From positions 591,305 to 655,304 of the forward strand of contig CBDBEU010000003.1 in the NCBI GenBank assembly GCA_965204565.1: a stretch of DNA of 64,000 nt, in the 5' to 3' direction. Made by a program: the position numbers and the translations under genes. Under the pieces are notes generated by a model that ran no database searches, was not told where the DNA came from, and was given only the letters and a program-made list of their open reading frames with translations. Each line of letters opens with the position of its first letter. The first letter of the stretch is position 1. This DNA is from Hyphomicrobiales bacterium. Lineage in GTDB: Bacteria; Pseudomonadota; Alphaproteobacteria; Rhizobiales; TMED25. This document shows, in pieces, positions 9,798 through 20,595 of this stretch.

Positions 9798-10691
9798 GTG
9801 AAGCTTGAGCCCATGCGATCAAGCAGTGGGAGTTCGGTGCACAGCAAAATGAATGAATTGCCTGAACGCACGAGGCGGGTGCAATTTCGCGACACCAGCT
9901 TCGTTGTTGAGCCGATGGATCGTGGCCAGCGCAAGTTTTGGGACCGGTTCGAAGCGGTTGCGTGGGAGCCGGAAACCCTTTCCATTCTCAAGGCCAGCCT
10001 CGACCAGCGGACCACATTCATCGATATTGGAAGTTGGATTGGCCCGACGGCATTGTTCGCCGCGGCGCATGCGCGCCGTGTGATCGCTCTGGAGCCAGAC
10101 CCCCTGGCGCTGCGTCAGCTCAGGCGCAACATTGCCCTCAATCCGGACCTTGCCTCGCGCATCCAGGTGCTGGGCCGTGCCCTTTACACAAAAACCGGGG
10201 TTGTGACGCTGGGCTCGACCAAGCGCGGAGGCGATTCAAAATCGAGCATCGTCCATGATGACATGCGCACCGCCTGGGAGGTGGAAACCATCACGCCGTC
10301 CGAGCTTGCAAGCGCCTTTGCCGAAGATGAGCGGGTGTTCATCAAGATCGACATTGAGGGGGGCGAATATGCGGTTGGACCTCAATTGCAGCCGCTTTTG
10401 CGCAGCCAGACGGTGGCGGTTCTGCTGTCGCTGCACCCCAAGCTGATTGTCGGGCAGGCGCGCGGTATTGAACGGCTAAAGCGGCTGGTGCAGGCCGCGC
10501 AGGAGACCAACGAGCTGCTTGCGGCCTTTGAAGGCTTTGCATTTCACGAGGCACGAAGCGTTTCTTCGCTGCGGCGGCCGGATATCGAGCGCCTGGTACG
10601 ATGGGGCATTTGCTACCGGCCGCTTGGCGGAACCTGGCTGTTGACACGTGGACACCCTGCAGCCCCCTGTCTTCTGCTTGGAATCGGGTGA
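9798..10691 (+). CDS. FkbM family methyltransferase
   Basis: SAM-binding-like FIDIGSWIGPTALFAA and the FkbM signature-like FIKIDIEGGEYAV are present. The start is uncertain (GTG 9798 or ATG 9849). The last codons may be derived from the adjacent IS end. Confidence 0.8.
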   Translation: MKLEPMRSSSGSSVHSKMNELPERTRRVQFRDTSFVVEPMDRGQRKFWDRFEAVAWEPETLSILKASLDQRTTFIDIGSWIGPTALFAAAHARRVIALEPDPLALRQLRRNIALNPDLASRIQVLGRALYTKTGVVTLGSTKRGGDSKSSIVHDDMRTAWEVETITPSELASAFAEDERVFIKIDIEGGEYAVGPQLQPLLRSQTVAVLLSLHPKLIVGQARGIERLKRLVQAAQETNELLAAFEGFAFHEARSVSSLRRPDIERLVRWGICYRPLGGTWLLTRGHPAAPCLLLGIG

Positions 10692-10694
10692 CGA

Positions 10695-11885
10695 GAGCGC
10701 CTTTACGGCCGCGATGCGTGTCGGCCCTTTGCCTGGGTTGTGGTTCGGGATCTGGTTTCCTGGGGCCGGGCTATGCCACGGCGCCTTTGCGCCCCCGGAA
10801 CAGGAGCCGTTTCATGTTGAATGCGATGTTGGCCATGCCGATCCTGGCCCTCGCCCGGTCGATGCCGATGGTGCGGACGAAGAGCCCCATTCGTGCCTTC
10901 ATACCGGCGAAGGGATGTTCGATCGCGGATCGGACCTTCGACCCTGCGGCATTGGCCCTCTCGTGATGCACGGGCATCGGTTTGCCGGGCAGCGTCGGTG
11001 ACGATCCATGTCCGGACGAAGCCGTGGCGCCGGTCAGCATTGATATGGGATTTGCAGCCGAACACCGGCGTGGCGATTGCGCCCATCGCCGTGCTGTCCG
11101 GGCGCGTCTTCCTGCGCCCTTGCTTGAGCGTCCAACGCGCGTCGCGATCCTTTTGCGCCGGTTTCCGGGGATTGGCCTGCCAATCAGTCGGGATGCCCCC
11201 GCCCTTGACGATCTCCTTCCCGGCATCGGTCATGCGCCGGCGCGGGGCCGCCACGATGGTGGCATCGACGATCTGCCCGCCCATGGCGAGATATCCGGGC
11301 GAGATATCCGGCGTCCTCAAGATGCGCGTCGAACCGGGCGAGGAGTTTCTTCACCGCGCCGGTCCGCACCAGGGCTTCCCGGAACCGCCGGATGGTCGTC
11401 TCGTCCGGCGCCCGCGCGCCGTCATCGAGGCTGAGGAAACGGCCAAAGCTGCGCCGGTCCATGATTTGGGACGCCGCCTGCGCATCCGACAGACCGTAGA
11501 GCACCTGGATCACCAGCACCTTGAACATGAGGACCGGGTCCATCGGCGGGCGCCCGCCCTGCCTGCCATCGGAACGATCAAGCGTCGCATCCAACTCTGG
11601 CCGGAAGAGCTAGCTCGAAGTCGATACCCCCCTGCAAGCCGCTCCAGCGGATCTCCCGCCTTCGATAACGCCGCGTAGCGCTCATCCGGATCGAACAACC
11701 CGCGCTGTGCAGCCATCGTTACCCTTCGTCGCCGATATCCCCACGGAATCACGCCAACACGCTCAAAGCCAGGGGGGTCAAGGCGTCCACGTGAGTAGGC
11801 TTTGCCGGGTGGAAAGGACGCAAGGTAGCGGGCATGAGGGCCTTGGTGCACAGGGGTTGGGCCGCCCGGGAAATTTGTCCGCCGC
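10695..11885 (-). mobile_element. IS5-family element (type 1), transposase split over at least 4 frames
   Basis: Pieces are MAAQRGLFDPDERYAALSKAGDPLERL (start ~11713), GGRPPMDPVLMFKVLVIQVLYGLSDAQ, GGQIVDATIVAAPRRR...KDRDARWT and SKVRSAIEHPFAGMKARMGLFVRTIGIDRARARIGMANIAFNMKRL. Boundaries are approximate. Confidence 0.8.
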
Positions 11886-11886
11886 T

Positions 11887-12246
11887 CTAGTGGATTGATT
11901 CCAACATTTGGAACCCTCGATTTCTGGCGGCGATGATTTGGTCGGGATCGGCGCGCAGGGTGAAGGGTTTTGCCTCGGTTTCGGTGTGCTGCTTGATGAA
12001 GCGGTTGATGGCGACCTGGAGGTCGACGACCGGGCAGAAGATGCCGTGTTTCAGGCGGCGCCCGGTCAGCTCGGCAAAGAAGCCTTCGACGGCGTTCGGC
12101 CATGACGCCGGTGTTGGGGTAAAATGGAATGTCCGGCGCGGGTGACGCTTGAGCCGGCACATGTTCCTGCCGAACACCTCTCCGGTCAGCATGTTCGGCG
12201 CGGCGAACATCGTGGTCGTGCCGTTGCGTTTGTCATCATGGGTCAT
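11887..12246 (-). pseudogene. IS630-family transposase (type 1), C-terminal 119 codons
   Basis: DDKRNGTTTMFAAPNMLTGEV...FHFTPTPASWPNAVEGFFAEL is typical of the IS630/Tc1 DDE region. It is cut at 12247 by the next IS. Confidence 0.75.
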
Positions 12247-12247
12247 G

Positions 12248-13416
12248 GTCCGGTGTTAATCCCCGCATTTTTGCGGGGTCCTTGGTCGTAGAATTTACGC
12301 GGCCATTCTCAGTTTCCGGGCAGAGGTCATCCCGCGGTTGCCCATGTTGGGGCGTTCGTTGTTGTTAGGTACCGGGTTGTAGGACCGGAGCCACTCGGTG
12401 GCAATCTGCTGCACCTCCTCGATGCTTTCGAAGATGTCGTATCCAGCCACTCATGCCTGATCGTTCGGTTGTATCGCTCGACGCAAGCGTTCTGCCGCGG
12501 CTTTCCCGGCTGGATACAGGCCGGCGCGATGCCCCCCTGTTCGGCCCGTTCGATCAACCTGCCACTGACGTATTCCAGGCCATTGTCGACCCTGATCGCC
12601 CTTGGCGCCCCGCCATTCGATGATCCGGTTCAAGGCCCGCACGACACGTTCGGCCGGCAGCGAAAAGTCCACCTCGATGCCCGGCCGATCCGCCATGAAA
12701 TCCATCGACCAGACCTCGTCTGGCGCGTCCGGCACGGCCAGTTCCCCGGGTTTCTCACGCTTCAGACGCCTGCGGGGCTTGATGCGCAGGTCTGGTTCCA
12801 GATCGCGATAGATCCGGTAAACGCGTTTGGGGTTCCAGACACGGCCCTGAACGTTGCCCAGATACAGGAAACACAGCCAGAAGCCCCAGGTTTTCCTGGC
12901 ATTGGTCAGTCCGACAAGCAGATCCGCGATCTGTTCGTTCCCTTCGTCCAGCTTCGGGCCGTATCCGTAGCACGTCTCGCCGATGGAGAACCCGCGGCAG
13001 GCCGGCGCAATACCGACGCCCTTCATCGCCACCGCTTTCAAGGCCAACTCTCGGCGCTGAGCCGGCCGTATCATTTTTTTCCGAGGGCCTCCTTGCGCAG
13101 GTCGTTCTGCATGCCGACGTCGGCGTACATGCGCTTCAGCCGCCGGTTCTCCTCGGCGATGGCCGTCATCTCGCTGATCAGGCGCGTGTCCATGCCGGCA
13201 TACCTGGCGCGCCACTTGTAGACCGTGGCGCTGCTCATGCCCTGTTCGCGGCACAACCCGGATACGGGCACGCCGTTCTCCATCTGCCGCAGAATGTCCA
13301 TGATCCGGGCCGCGTTGAAACGTGTTTTGTTTATCGGAATCTCCTCAGTCACCCTGCCGAGAAAATTCTACGACCAAGCCACCTTACTTTCGGGGGAGAT
13401 TACCATAACTCCGGAC
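12248..13416 (-). mobile_element. IS3-family element (IS407-like) with internal deletion/frameshift in orfB
   Basis: orfA is 13071..13352 (…SSATVYKWRARYAGM…RRLKRMYADV…) and orfB is in two frames (12451.., 12327..). There are ~50-bp imperfect terminal inverted repeats (GTCCGGTGTTAATCCCCGCA…TTGGTCGTAGAATTT at the left, its complement at 13360-13416). ATG is present on both flanks (12245-47 and 13417-19). Confidence 0.8.
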
Positions 13417-13925
13417 ATGGTTCTTCGCCGTCGAGCAAAGACGGATGCATGATCCATCCTTCAGCCACAGCCGGCGTCTCTCGGGTTGCTTGATGAACCT
13501 TCAGCCCTTCACGTCGCCGGATGCGCTTGACCCTGTTCAGGCCGACACACCGGCCATCCTGCCCAGGCAGCCGGTGGATGCGGCGATACCCGTAACTACC
13601 ATACCGGCAGGCAAGGCAGATGACGGCTTGTGTCGGCTTGTCCGGCGTCGGATCCGCAACCGCTTTCTTCACCCGCCCGCTCTCACGCTCCGGCTCCTTC
13701 AGCCGATGCGCCTGGTTCACCTCCATGCCGCCGTACATGCGACGCCATCAACAGCAACTCTGCTCCGACACACAAAGGCTGCGGCAAACCTCACCCACCG
13801 TCGCGCCCCGGCCAAGCCGCACCTCGGCTTCACGCAGCATTCCGATAATTCGCTCCGGGGAACAGTTCTTTCTCCGGCTCATCTTCGTCTCCCGTGACGT
13901 CCAAATGAAGCCGGATCCCCTCAAC
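13417..13925 (-). mobile_element. IS3-family fragment (5' part: orfA with internal stop, start of orfB)
   Basis: The reverse strand reads MSRRKNCSPERIIGMLREAEVRLGRGATVGEVCRSLCVSEQS (start 13882) and then ...YGYRRIHRLPGQDGRCVGLNRVKRIRRREGLKV. It is truncated by the IS at 13416. Confidence 0.7.
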
Positions 13926-14930
13926 CGACATTCCCCAATTAGAACGCCATTTCGATCATGCCGCCGCTGTTTGCGTACGGATCAATCCCCTTGGGCAGGC
14001 TGTGTCGTGGTTCGGGCATCCGGTTCGTGAACCGGGCGCGATTTATGGCTGCTGCAACGGGCTTGAACCGGAAGTCGGTCTGACCGGCACCCGTCGGGTC
14101 AGACCCGTCGAGCCGCTTCCCCCCGGGTTTGATCGTCGACACCGTCATGCAGGTACCGCTGGCCGGTACCGGGGGCGCACGGAGCCGTTGGATGGCCGCA
14201 AGGATGCGGGTGAACAGAGCGCCGCCGACAGCCGCCTCGGCCGGTTGGAACGTGATGGCTCGGGCGTGGCGGACGACCCGCGCTCCGATCCTGATGAGGC
14301 AGGTCCGCAGGCCGGTCGGCGACCGGTCGGCCGTCTCCTCCGGCAGGTCGATGCCCTGCAGGAAGACACCGGGATTGCAGGCCGATGCATGAAGTTGAAG
14401 CCGCACCTCGTTCCGTGCCATGCCCTTGCAGGAAAGACGCGTCCGATTGACCGCCTTCCTTCCTTCCTCGACATGCTGTTCGGCGGTGCCGCGTTGGTTG
14501 TAGAACCGAATGATCCGGTCCGGCTCCATCGGCGGGTTGGTGACGACAAAGCCGATCTTCGGGAACAAGTCACCCGGATGCCGTTCGACCCTGGCGACGA
14601 CCCGCCATGGTTTGTCCCGTGACGCGGCCTGATACGCGAAGTCGCCGCACATGGATCGGCGGGCGATCCGCGGGGCGCTTGAGCACAGGCGCAATCCTGC
14701 TTTCCGAAACAGCGGTCTTCCCAGGCCGGATGGCGTAGGAACAGCCTTCCGCCTCCGGCGTCTTGTAGAGCTCCGGGACGGCAAAAGCGGCATCGGCCCG
14801 GAAGAGAACCGCATCAGCTCACGATCCGCATATCGCGCCAACACCGACTTGAGCACATTTTCCCGGCCGTCGGCACTGTTGAACATTGCCGGGGCGCAAT
14901 GAACGGCGTTCGAGGCGACCAAACCGGTTA
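13926..14930 (-). mobile_element. IS1380-family element, 3' ~1 kb (copy 1), 5' part replaced by an IS427-like insertion
   Basis: The transposase C-terminus reads RFYNQRGTAEQHVEEGRKAVNRTRLSCKGMARNEVRLQLHA…IRIGARVVRHARAITFQPAEAAV. The terminal sequence CGACATTCCCC(A/G)ATTAGAACGCC is shared with the copies ending at 26224 and 29647. Confidence 0.85.
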
Positions 14931-15799
14931 GGGTCCGGCCTCATTATAGCCACGAGATGAGGGCTGCGGCGCGCGCGATAACTGCCATGACGTTTTTAAT
15001 GTTGCGCTCGAAGCGAGTTGCGATGCGCCGCCGGTCCTTGAGGCGGCAGAACATGCGTTCGATGATATTTCGCTCCCTGTAGACGGCCTGATCGTAGGGA
15101 TATCGGATCTTGCGGTTCTTTCGCGGCGGGATGACGGGCCCGGTCCCGCGCTCTTCAAGCCATTCGCGCAGTTCCCGGCTGTCACGGCCTTTGTCGCCGG
15201 CACGTTCGGCGCATGGCGGCATGGCCTCGATGCAGCGCTGTGCGACCTTGCAATCATACACGTTCCGGGCGTCGGGAGCAGGACGCAATTGACAAAAACA
15301 TGGGGCGGCCCTTGTGGTCGCGGACGGCGTGGATCCCGGTGTTGCGTCCGCCTTTGGTGCGGCCGATACCATGGGCCCAAGGCCCCCCCTTTTCCGCCGT
15401 CGGCGAAGCGATGAACCTTGATGCAGGAACTGTCGATGAACAGCCGGTCAGGCGTATCCTCAGCGCCTGCCGGAGCGCTGAAGATACCTTCCCGTATAAA
15501 ACCGCACCCGGCCCGGCGGACGAAGCGGTTGCAGAGCGCCTTCTTCGGCCCGTGTATAGCGGCTCAGCCGGCCCGTCGACCGCCACAGCGCAGCGCATGG
15601 ACGATCCCGTTCGGCACAGGACGATCGTCAACTGTTTCCGGGCGCTTCCTGCCGTGCACATCAGTCGGCAGAAGCGGCGCGATCCGGGCCTACTGAGAAT
15701 CGGAAAACCAGAAGGAATCATACATCTCGTTACCTCCTCATCGGAGGCAATGAACCATCCTCGGATCAAATCGGGAAGACGGTTATTGGGGCCGGACCC
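14931..15799 (-). mobile_element. IS5-family element of the IS427 group (type 2), transposase frameshifted
   Basis: Terminal inverted repeats are GGGTCCGGCC (14931) and GGCCGGACCC (15790-99). The C-terminal half reads DKGRDSRELREWLEERGTGPVIPPRKNRKIRYPYDQAVYRERNIIERMFCRLKDRRRIATRFE. The N-terminal half is in other frames (…KGGPWAHGIGRTKGGRNTGIHAV…). Confidence 0.8.
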
Positions 15800-15831
15800 T
15801 GATCAAACGAACACGCTTCAATGCCTCCGGC

Positions 15832-18111
15832 CTAGAGTTCGCTCTCCTGACGATCCTTGAGGGCCGCCAGAAGTTTTGGCGGTGAGATCGGCAGTGAACC
15901 CATCCGCCGGCCAACCGCGTCGGCAACCGCATTGGACACCGCTGCCATCGCCGGGCAGATGTTGACTTCGCCGACACCCTTGACACCAAAGGGGTGGTTC
16001 GGGTTTGGCACTTCGACAATTAGCGTCTTGATATAGGGAAGATCCGAGGCCACCGGAATCCGATAGTCGAGGAAACTTGGATTGGCGAGCCGGCCCTTGT
16101 CGTCATAGACATATTCTTCATTGAGCGCCCAGCCGATGCCCTGCGCCACGCCACCCTGCATCTGACCTTCGACATAGCCCTTGTGGATCGCCCGGCCCGC
16201 ATCCTGCGCCACAACAAAGCTCAGAATCTCGACATGGCCAGTGTCGGGATCAACTTCGACTTCGCACATTTCCGTGGCAAAGCCCGGTGCCTGACCGCCA
16301 GCGCTGACCGCGTTGGTTGATCCAATTGGACCTCCGGTAGCTCCCGCCTGAGCAGCAATCTGTTTCAATGACAGGGGCTCAAAATCGCCGACATTGCTAC
16401 TGGAAGGCTTTGCATGGCCGTCCTCCCAATCGACCCCTTCAACGTCAACGTCCCACATGATCGCGGCGCGTGCGCGCAACTCCTGGATCACGTTGTCGCA
16501 AGCGCCGATCACCGCAAGCCCAGTGGCATAGGTCACCCGTGAGCCACCAGTCTGGCGGGTAAACGGCACAGAAGTGGTATCGTTGACTGTCGAGCACACC
16601 TCATTGTAGTCAATGCCAAATTTCTCAGCTGCCATGATCGCCATCGATGCACGCGAGCCGCCGATATCCGGGCTGCCAGTGGCGACAGAGACGGTGCCAT
16701 CGGCGTTGACATAAACGGTCGCCCCCGACTCGCCGCCACCATTGAACCAATAGCCTGACGCAACACCGCGGCCCTGGTTTGGCCCCAGCGGCTTGTTGTA
16801 GTTGGGATGATCAAGCACAGCCTTGAGCGTGTCAGCATAGCCGTTATGTGAAAGCGGCGGGCCGGAAACCATCTGCGTGCCCTTCTTCGCCGCATTCTTG
16901 AGTCTCAGTTCGACCGGGTCCATGCTGATCTTCTTGGCAAGAATGTCGAGCGTGCTTTCAATGGCAAAGCTTGCGATCGGCGAGCCCGGGGCGCGGTATG
17001 CGGCGGCCTTCGGTCGGTTCGATACCACGTCATAGCCGATGGTTTTCTGGTTCGCGATGTCATAAGGTGCAAGACTACACAAACAGCCATTCATCACCGG
17101 TGAACCGGGGAAAGCACCAGCCTGATATTTGAACACACTCTCGGCCGCGGTCAGCGTCCCATCCTTCTTGACACCAATCTTGACCCGCATCGCTGAGCCT
17201 GATGTCGGTCCGGTTGCCTGGAACACCTCATCGCGGCCCATCGCCACACGCACCGGATGACCTGACTTCTTCGACAACACCAACGCCACCGGCTCGACAT
17301 AAACCACCGTCTTGCCACCGAAGCCGCCACCGATCTCCGAAGGATGTACCTTGAGATTGGCAAGCGGCATGCCAACCAGCTTGGCCGTCAGCGCACGCAC
17401 AATGAAATGGCCTTGACTGGAGCTCCAGATTTCACCCTGACCGTCAGGATCGTAGCGGGCAAGGCAGGCATGAGGCTCGATATAGCCCTGATGGACGGCG
17501 GCCGTACGATATTCTTGATCGACGATTTCATCGGCCTCGGCAAACCCTACCTTGATATCGCCCATCGAAAACTCAAGCCGCTTGGCAATATTCGATGGCT
17601 TGGTCGGCGCCGGATCGATATTGCGTGTGATCATGTCCTCGAACAGCAGCGGTGCATCATCTGCCATCGCCTCCTCGACGTCGATCACATGCGGCAGAAC
17701 CTCATATTCGACCTCGATGAGATCAGCCGCCTTAGCCGCTGTCGCCGCATCGGAAGCCGCCACTGCCGCCACTGCGTGACCTTCATAAAGCGCTTTTTCG
17801 CGCGCCATAATATTGCGGGTGATGTGCCAGAAGTTCTGCTGCACCCGCTCTGGGCCGATATAGACGAACTCCTGGTCGGGAAGATCGGCTCCCGTCATCA
17901 CCGCCTTAACACCCTTGAGCGCCTCAGCTTTTGAGGTGTCGATTGACTTGATGCCCGCATGCGCATGCGGGCTGCGCTTGATCTTGCCGAAAAGTCTTCC
18001 AGGCAGCGAATAATCATCACCAAACCTGGCGATCCCTGTCACTTTCGGCACTCCGTCCGGACGCACAGGATTGGTTCCAACCCATTTCGTAGGTTTAGCA
18101 AGTTCGTTCAT
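15832..18111 (-). CDS. Xanthine dehydrogenase/aldehyde oxidase-family molybdopterin-binding (large) subunit
   Basis: 759 aa from ATG 18111 (MNELAKPTKWVGTNPVRPDGVPKVTG…), full length with no disruptions. No 2Fe-2S or FAD subunit genes are adjacent. Confidence 0.85.
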   Translation of the reverse strand: MNELAKPTKWVGTNPVRPDGVPKVTGIARFGDDYSLPGRLFGKIKRSPHAHAGIKSIDTSKAEALKGVKAVMTGADLPDQEFVYIGPERVQQNFWHITRNIMAREKALYEGHAVAAVAASDAATAAKAADLIEVEYEVLPHVIDVEEAMADDAPLLFEDMITRNIDPAPTKPSNIAKRLEFSMGDIKVGFAEADEIVDQEYRTAAVHQGYIEPHACLARYDPDGQGEIWSSSQGHFIVRALTAKLVGMPLANLKVHPSEIGGGFGGKTVVYVEPVALVLSKKSGHPVRVAMGRDEVFQATGPTSGSAMRVKIGVKKDGTLTAAESVFKYQAGAFPGSPVMNGCLCSLAPYDIANQKTIGYDVVSNRPKAAAYRAPGSPIASFAIESTLDILAKKISMDPVELRLKNAAKKGTQMVSGPPLSHNGYADTLKAVLDHPNYNKPLGPNQGRGVASGYWFNGGGESGATVYVNADGTVSVATGSPDIGGSRASMAIMAAEKFGIDYNEVCSTVNDTTSVPFTRQTGGSRVTYATGLAVIGACDNVIQELRARAAIMWDVDVEGVDWEDGHAKPSSSNVGDFEPLSLKQIAAQAGATGGPIGSTNAVSAGGQAPGFATEMCEVEVDPDTGHVEILSFVVAQDAGRAIHKGYVEGQMQGGVAQGIGWALNEEYVYDDKGRLANPSFLDYRIPVASDLPYIKTLIVEVPNPNHPFGVKGVGEVNICPAMAAVSNAVADAVGRRMGSLPISPPKLLAALKDRQESEL

Positions 18112-18311
18112 TGCTGCCTCATGATCTGCAAAAACCGCATCCACCCGACGCGATTATGGACGATGGTGATAATGCTTATATCGCACGCGGCAGACAAGAC
18201 GAAGACTCAGCCGTTTCAGTTTCACCCGTCTTTGACCACCTTCGCCATCACAGCGGCCTTGCAATTGAACTGGCCGGTGGCCGTTCTGTCAGACCGGCAT
18301 TGGAATAAATC

Positions 18312-19706
18312 CCACTTTCCCAGGTAACGTGACGTTTTCGCGCCTCTGACAGCCGGTAACATGTTATATTTCGGCACGTTGTGTGGGCCGTAGGGGGCGG
18401 ATCACGAATCACCCGCAGGGTGCAGGAGAAACGGGTGATATCAGGCTCGGTTTCGACAGTCGGGTGCGGCTGGAATGCCATGGCTCGAAGATCGGTTCCG
18501 ACGGTGGCCCGTTGCCGTTCCGGGAGTTGGACGAGACCCCGGGATTGAACGATATTGCCGGCGGTCCTCTCGGAGATCCGCGAACCGTCCACAACTGTCT
18601 GCATTCCGTGGTCGGGCTTTTGCGGCAGCGGGTCTTCGGGCGATCGACCGGATATGATGATGTGAATGACGCGGACTGTCCGGCGCTCGATCCGTTGATG
18701 CGGCAGGTGGTCGGAGGGCGTGGCGTTGATGCCGAGGCTGCGTCTGCCGGCCGGATGGGTCGGTTCGAGACCGAGGTGTCGGCGGCCGCCGACAATCGCG
18801 GTGCGCCGGCGGACGTATCCGGTCAATAGATCGATCGGGCTCACGCCGCGATGGCGCCCGAATGGATCACACCGCGGACATGGGCTTCGGTCGGCCCGCG
18901 CCATGGCGCGCAGACCCACGGCGCGCAGGAAGGCACCGCCTGGAACGTGCATTTCGGCTGCATGTGCCGTCACCCCTTGTTCGTCCTTAACCGGTTTGGC
19001 CGCCTCGAACGCCGTTCATTGCGCCCCAGCAATGTTCACAGCGCTGATGGCCGAGAAAATGTGCTCAAGCCGGTGTTGGCGCGATATGCGGATCGTGAGC
19101 TGATGCGGTTCTTCCGCGCCGATGCCGCTTTTGCCGTCCCGGAGCTCTACAAGACGCCGGAGGCGGAAGGCTGTTCCTACGCCATCCGGCCCGGGAAGAC
19201 CGCTGTTCCGGAAAGCAGGATTGCGCCTGTGCTCAAGCGCCCCGCGGGTCGCCCGCCGACCCATGTGCGGCGCACCTGCGGCGACTTCGCGTATCAGGCC
19301 ACGTCACGGGACAAACCACGGCGGATCGTCGCCGAGGTCGAGCGGCATCGGGGTGACTTGTTCCCGAAGATCGGCTTCCCAAAGATAGGCTTCGTGGTCA
19401 CCAAGCTGCCGATAGAGCCGGACCGGATCATTCGGTTCTACAACCAGCGCGGCACCGCCGAACAGCATGTCGAGGAAGGAAGGAAGGCGGTCAATCGGAC
19501 GCGTCTTTCCTGCAAGGGCATGGCGCGGAACGAGGTGCGGCTTCAGCTTTATGCATCGGCCTGCAATCCCGGTGTCTTGCTGCAGGGCGCCGATCTGCCG
19601 GAGGAGATGGCCGACCGGTCGCCGACCGGCCTGCGGCCCCGCCTCATCAGGATCGGAGCACGGGTCGTCCGCCACGCCCGAGCCGTCACGTTCCAACCGG
19701 CCAAGG
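18312..19706 (+). mobile_element. IS1380-family element (copy 2): left end present, 3' end deleted, transposase frameshifted
   Basis: The left end CCCACTTTCCCAGGTAACGTGACG matches the ends at 31147 and 61496. Transposase pieces are 18383..18829 and 18851..19723. Similarity to the other copies stops at ~19706. Confidence 0.85.
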
Positions 19707-19719
19707 CGGTACCTGCCTC

Positions 19720-20333
19720 CTAGGCTGCACTTGTCACGCCCACGATATTCTCGGTCACTTCATTCGTGCCTGTTGCCGCTTCCTGCACACTGTGGGATAT
19801 CTCGCTGGTTGTCGCAGCCTGCTCTTCCATGGCCGCGGCAACGACAGCCGCAGTTTCATTGACCTGGCGAATGACCTTTCCAATATCAGCCATGGAAACC
19901 ACCGCTTCATTGGTCGCGGTCTGGATCTCCTCAATCTGCTGATTGATGCTTTCCGTCGCCTTGCCGTCTGGTTCGCCAGCTCCTTGACCTCGGCCGCGAC
20001 AACAGCAAAGCCCTCGCCGGCACGGGCAGATTCAATTGTTGCATTGAGGGCAAGCAAATTGGTCTGCTCGGCGATCTCGGAAATCATCTTGACCACTTCA
20101 CCGATCTTGGCTGCCGTCGCAGCCAGCACTTCAACCTGACCACTGGCCTGATCGACACCGGTTTCGGCCTTCTGGGCCGCCTGCGCGGTTTCCATCATCT
20201 GCGAATTGATCTCCGTTACCGAGGTGGCCATTTGTTCAGCTGCTGCCGCGACCGTCTGCACATTGGCGGCGGCCTGATGCGAAGCCGAAGCGACAGAAGA
20301 AGCCTTTGACTGGCTTGTTCGGGGTTGATTCAA
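19720..20333 (-). pseudogene. Methyl-accepting chemotaxis protein, C-terminal signalling domain only, frameshifted
   Basis: [35 protein letters not shown] is the conserved MCP hairpin. The sensor/HAMP part is missing, and the frame changes near 19900-19960. Confidence 0.8.
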
Positions 20334-20373
20334 ATGGTTGCCTCAACACTTCAGTTTTTGATGGAAAGATGGA

Positions 20374-20583
20374 GTGTTCACGATGGGCTGCCGTCGACGT
20401 CTCTATTTTACCGATAGCCGGAAGGCAGAGATTTGGGATCGCCGGCAGTCTGGGGAGTCGATGCGTTCGATTGGCTGCGGGTTCGATCGCAACTCATCGT
20501 CGATCTTTCCCTTGCAGTCCCGGACGGGTGGTATCCGGCCGCGTGGCAGTTATCAGGGCGACGTCGGCTTCATCGTCAAGTAG
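20374..20583 (+). pseudogene. IS30-family transposase, N-terminal HTH fragment
   Basis: RRRLYFTDSRKAEIWDRRQSGESMRSIGCGFDRNSSSIF resembles the IS30 N-terminal HTH region. Only ~70 codons are present. Confidence 0.5.
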
Positions 20584-20595
20584 GGGAGCGGCGAG

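Noticed and set aside
12261-12278. Perfect 7-bp stem / 4-nt loop hairpin CCCCGCA-TTTT-TGCGGGG, considered as a rho-independent terminator
   Set aside because: It lies inside the ~50-bp terminal inverted repeat of the IS407-like element, and no functional gene ends there.
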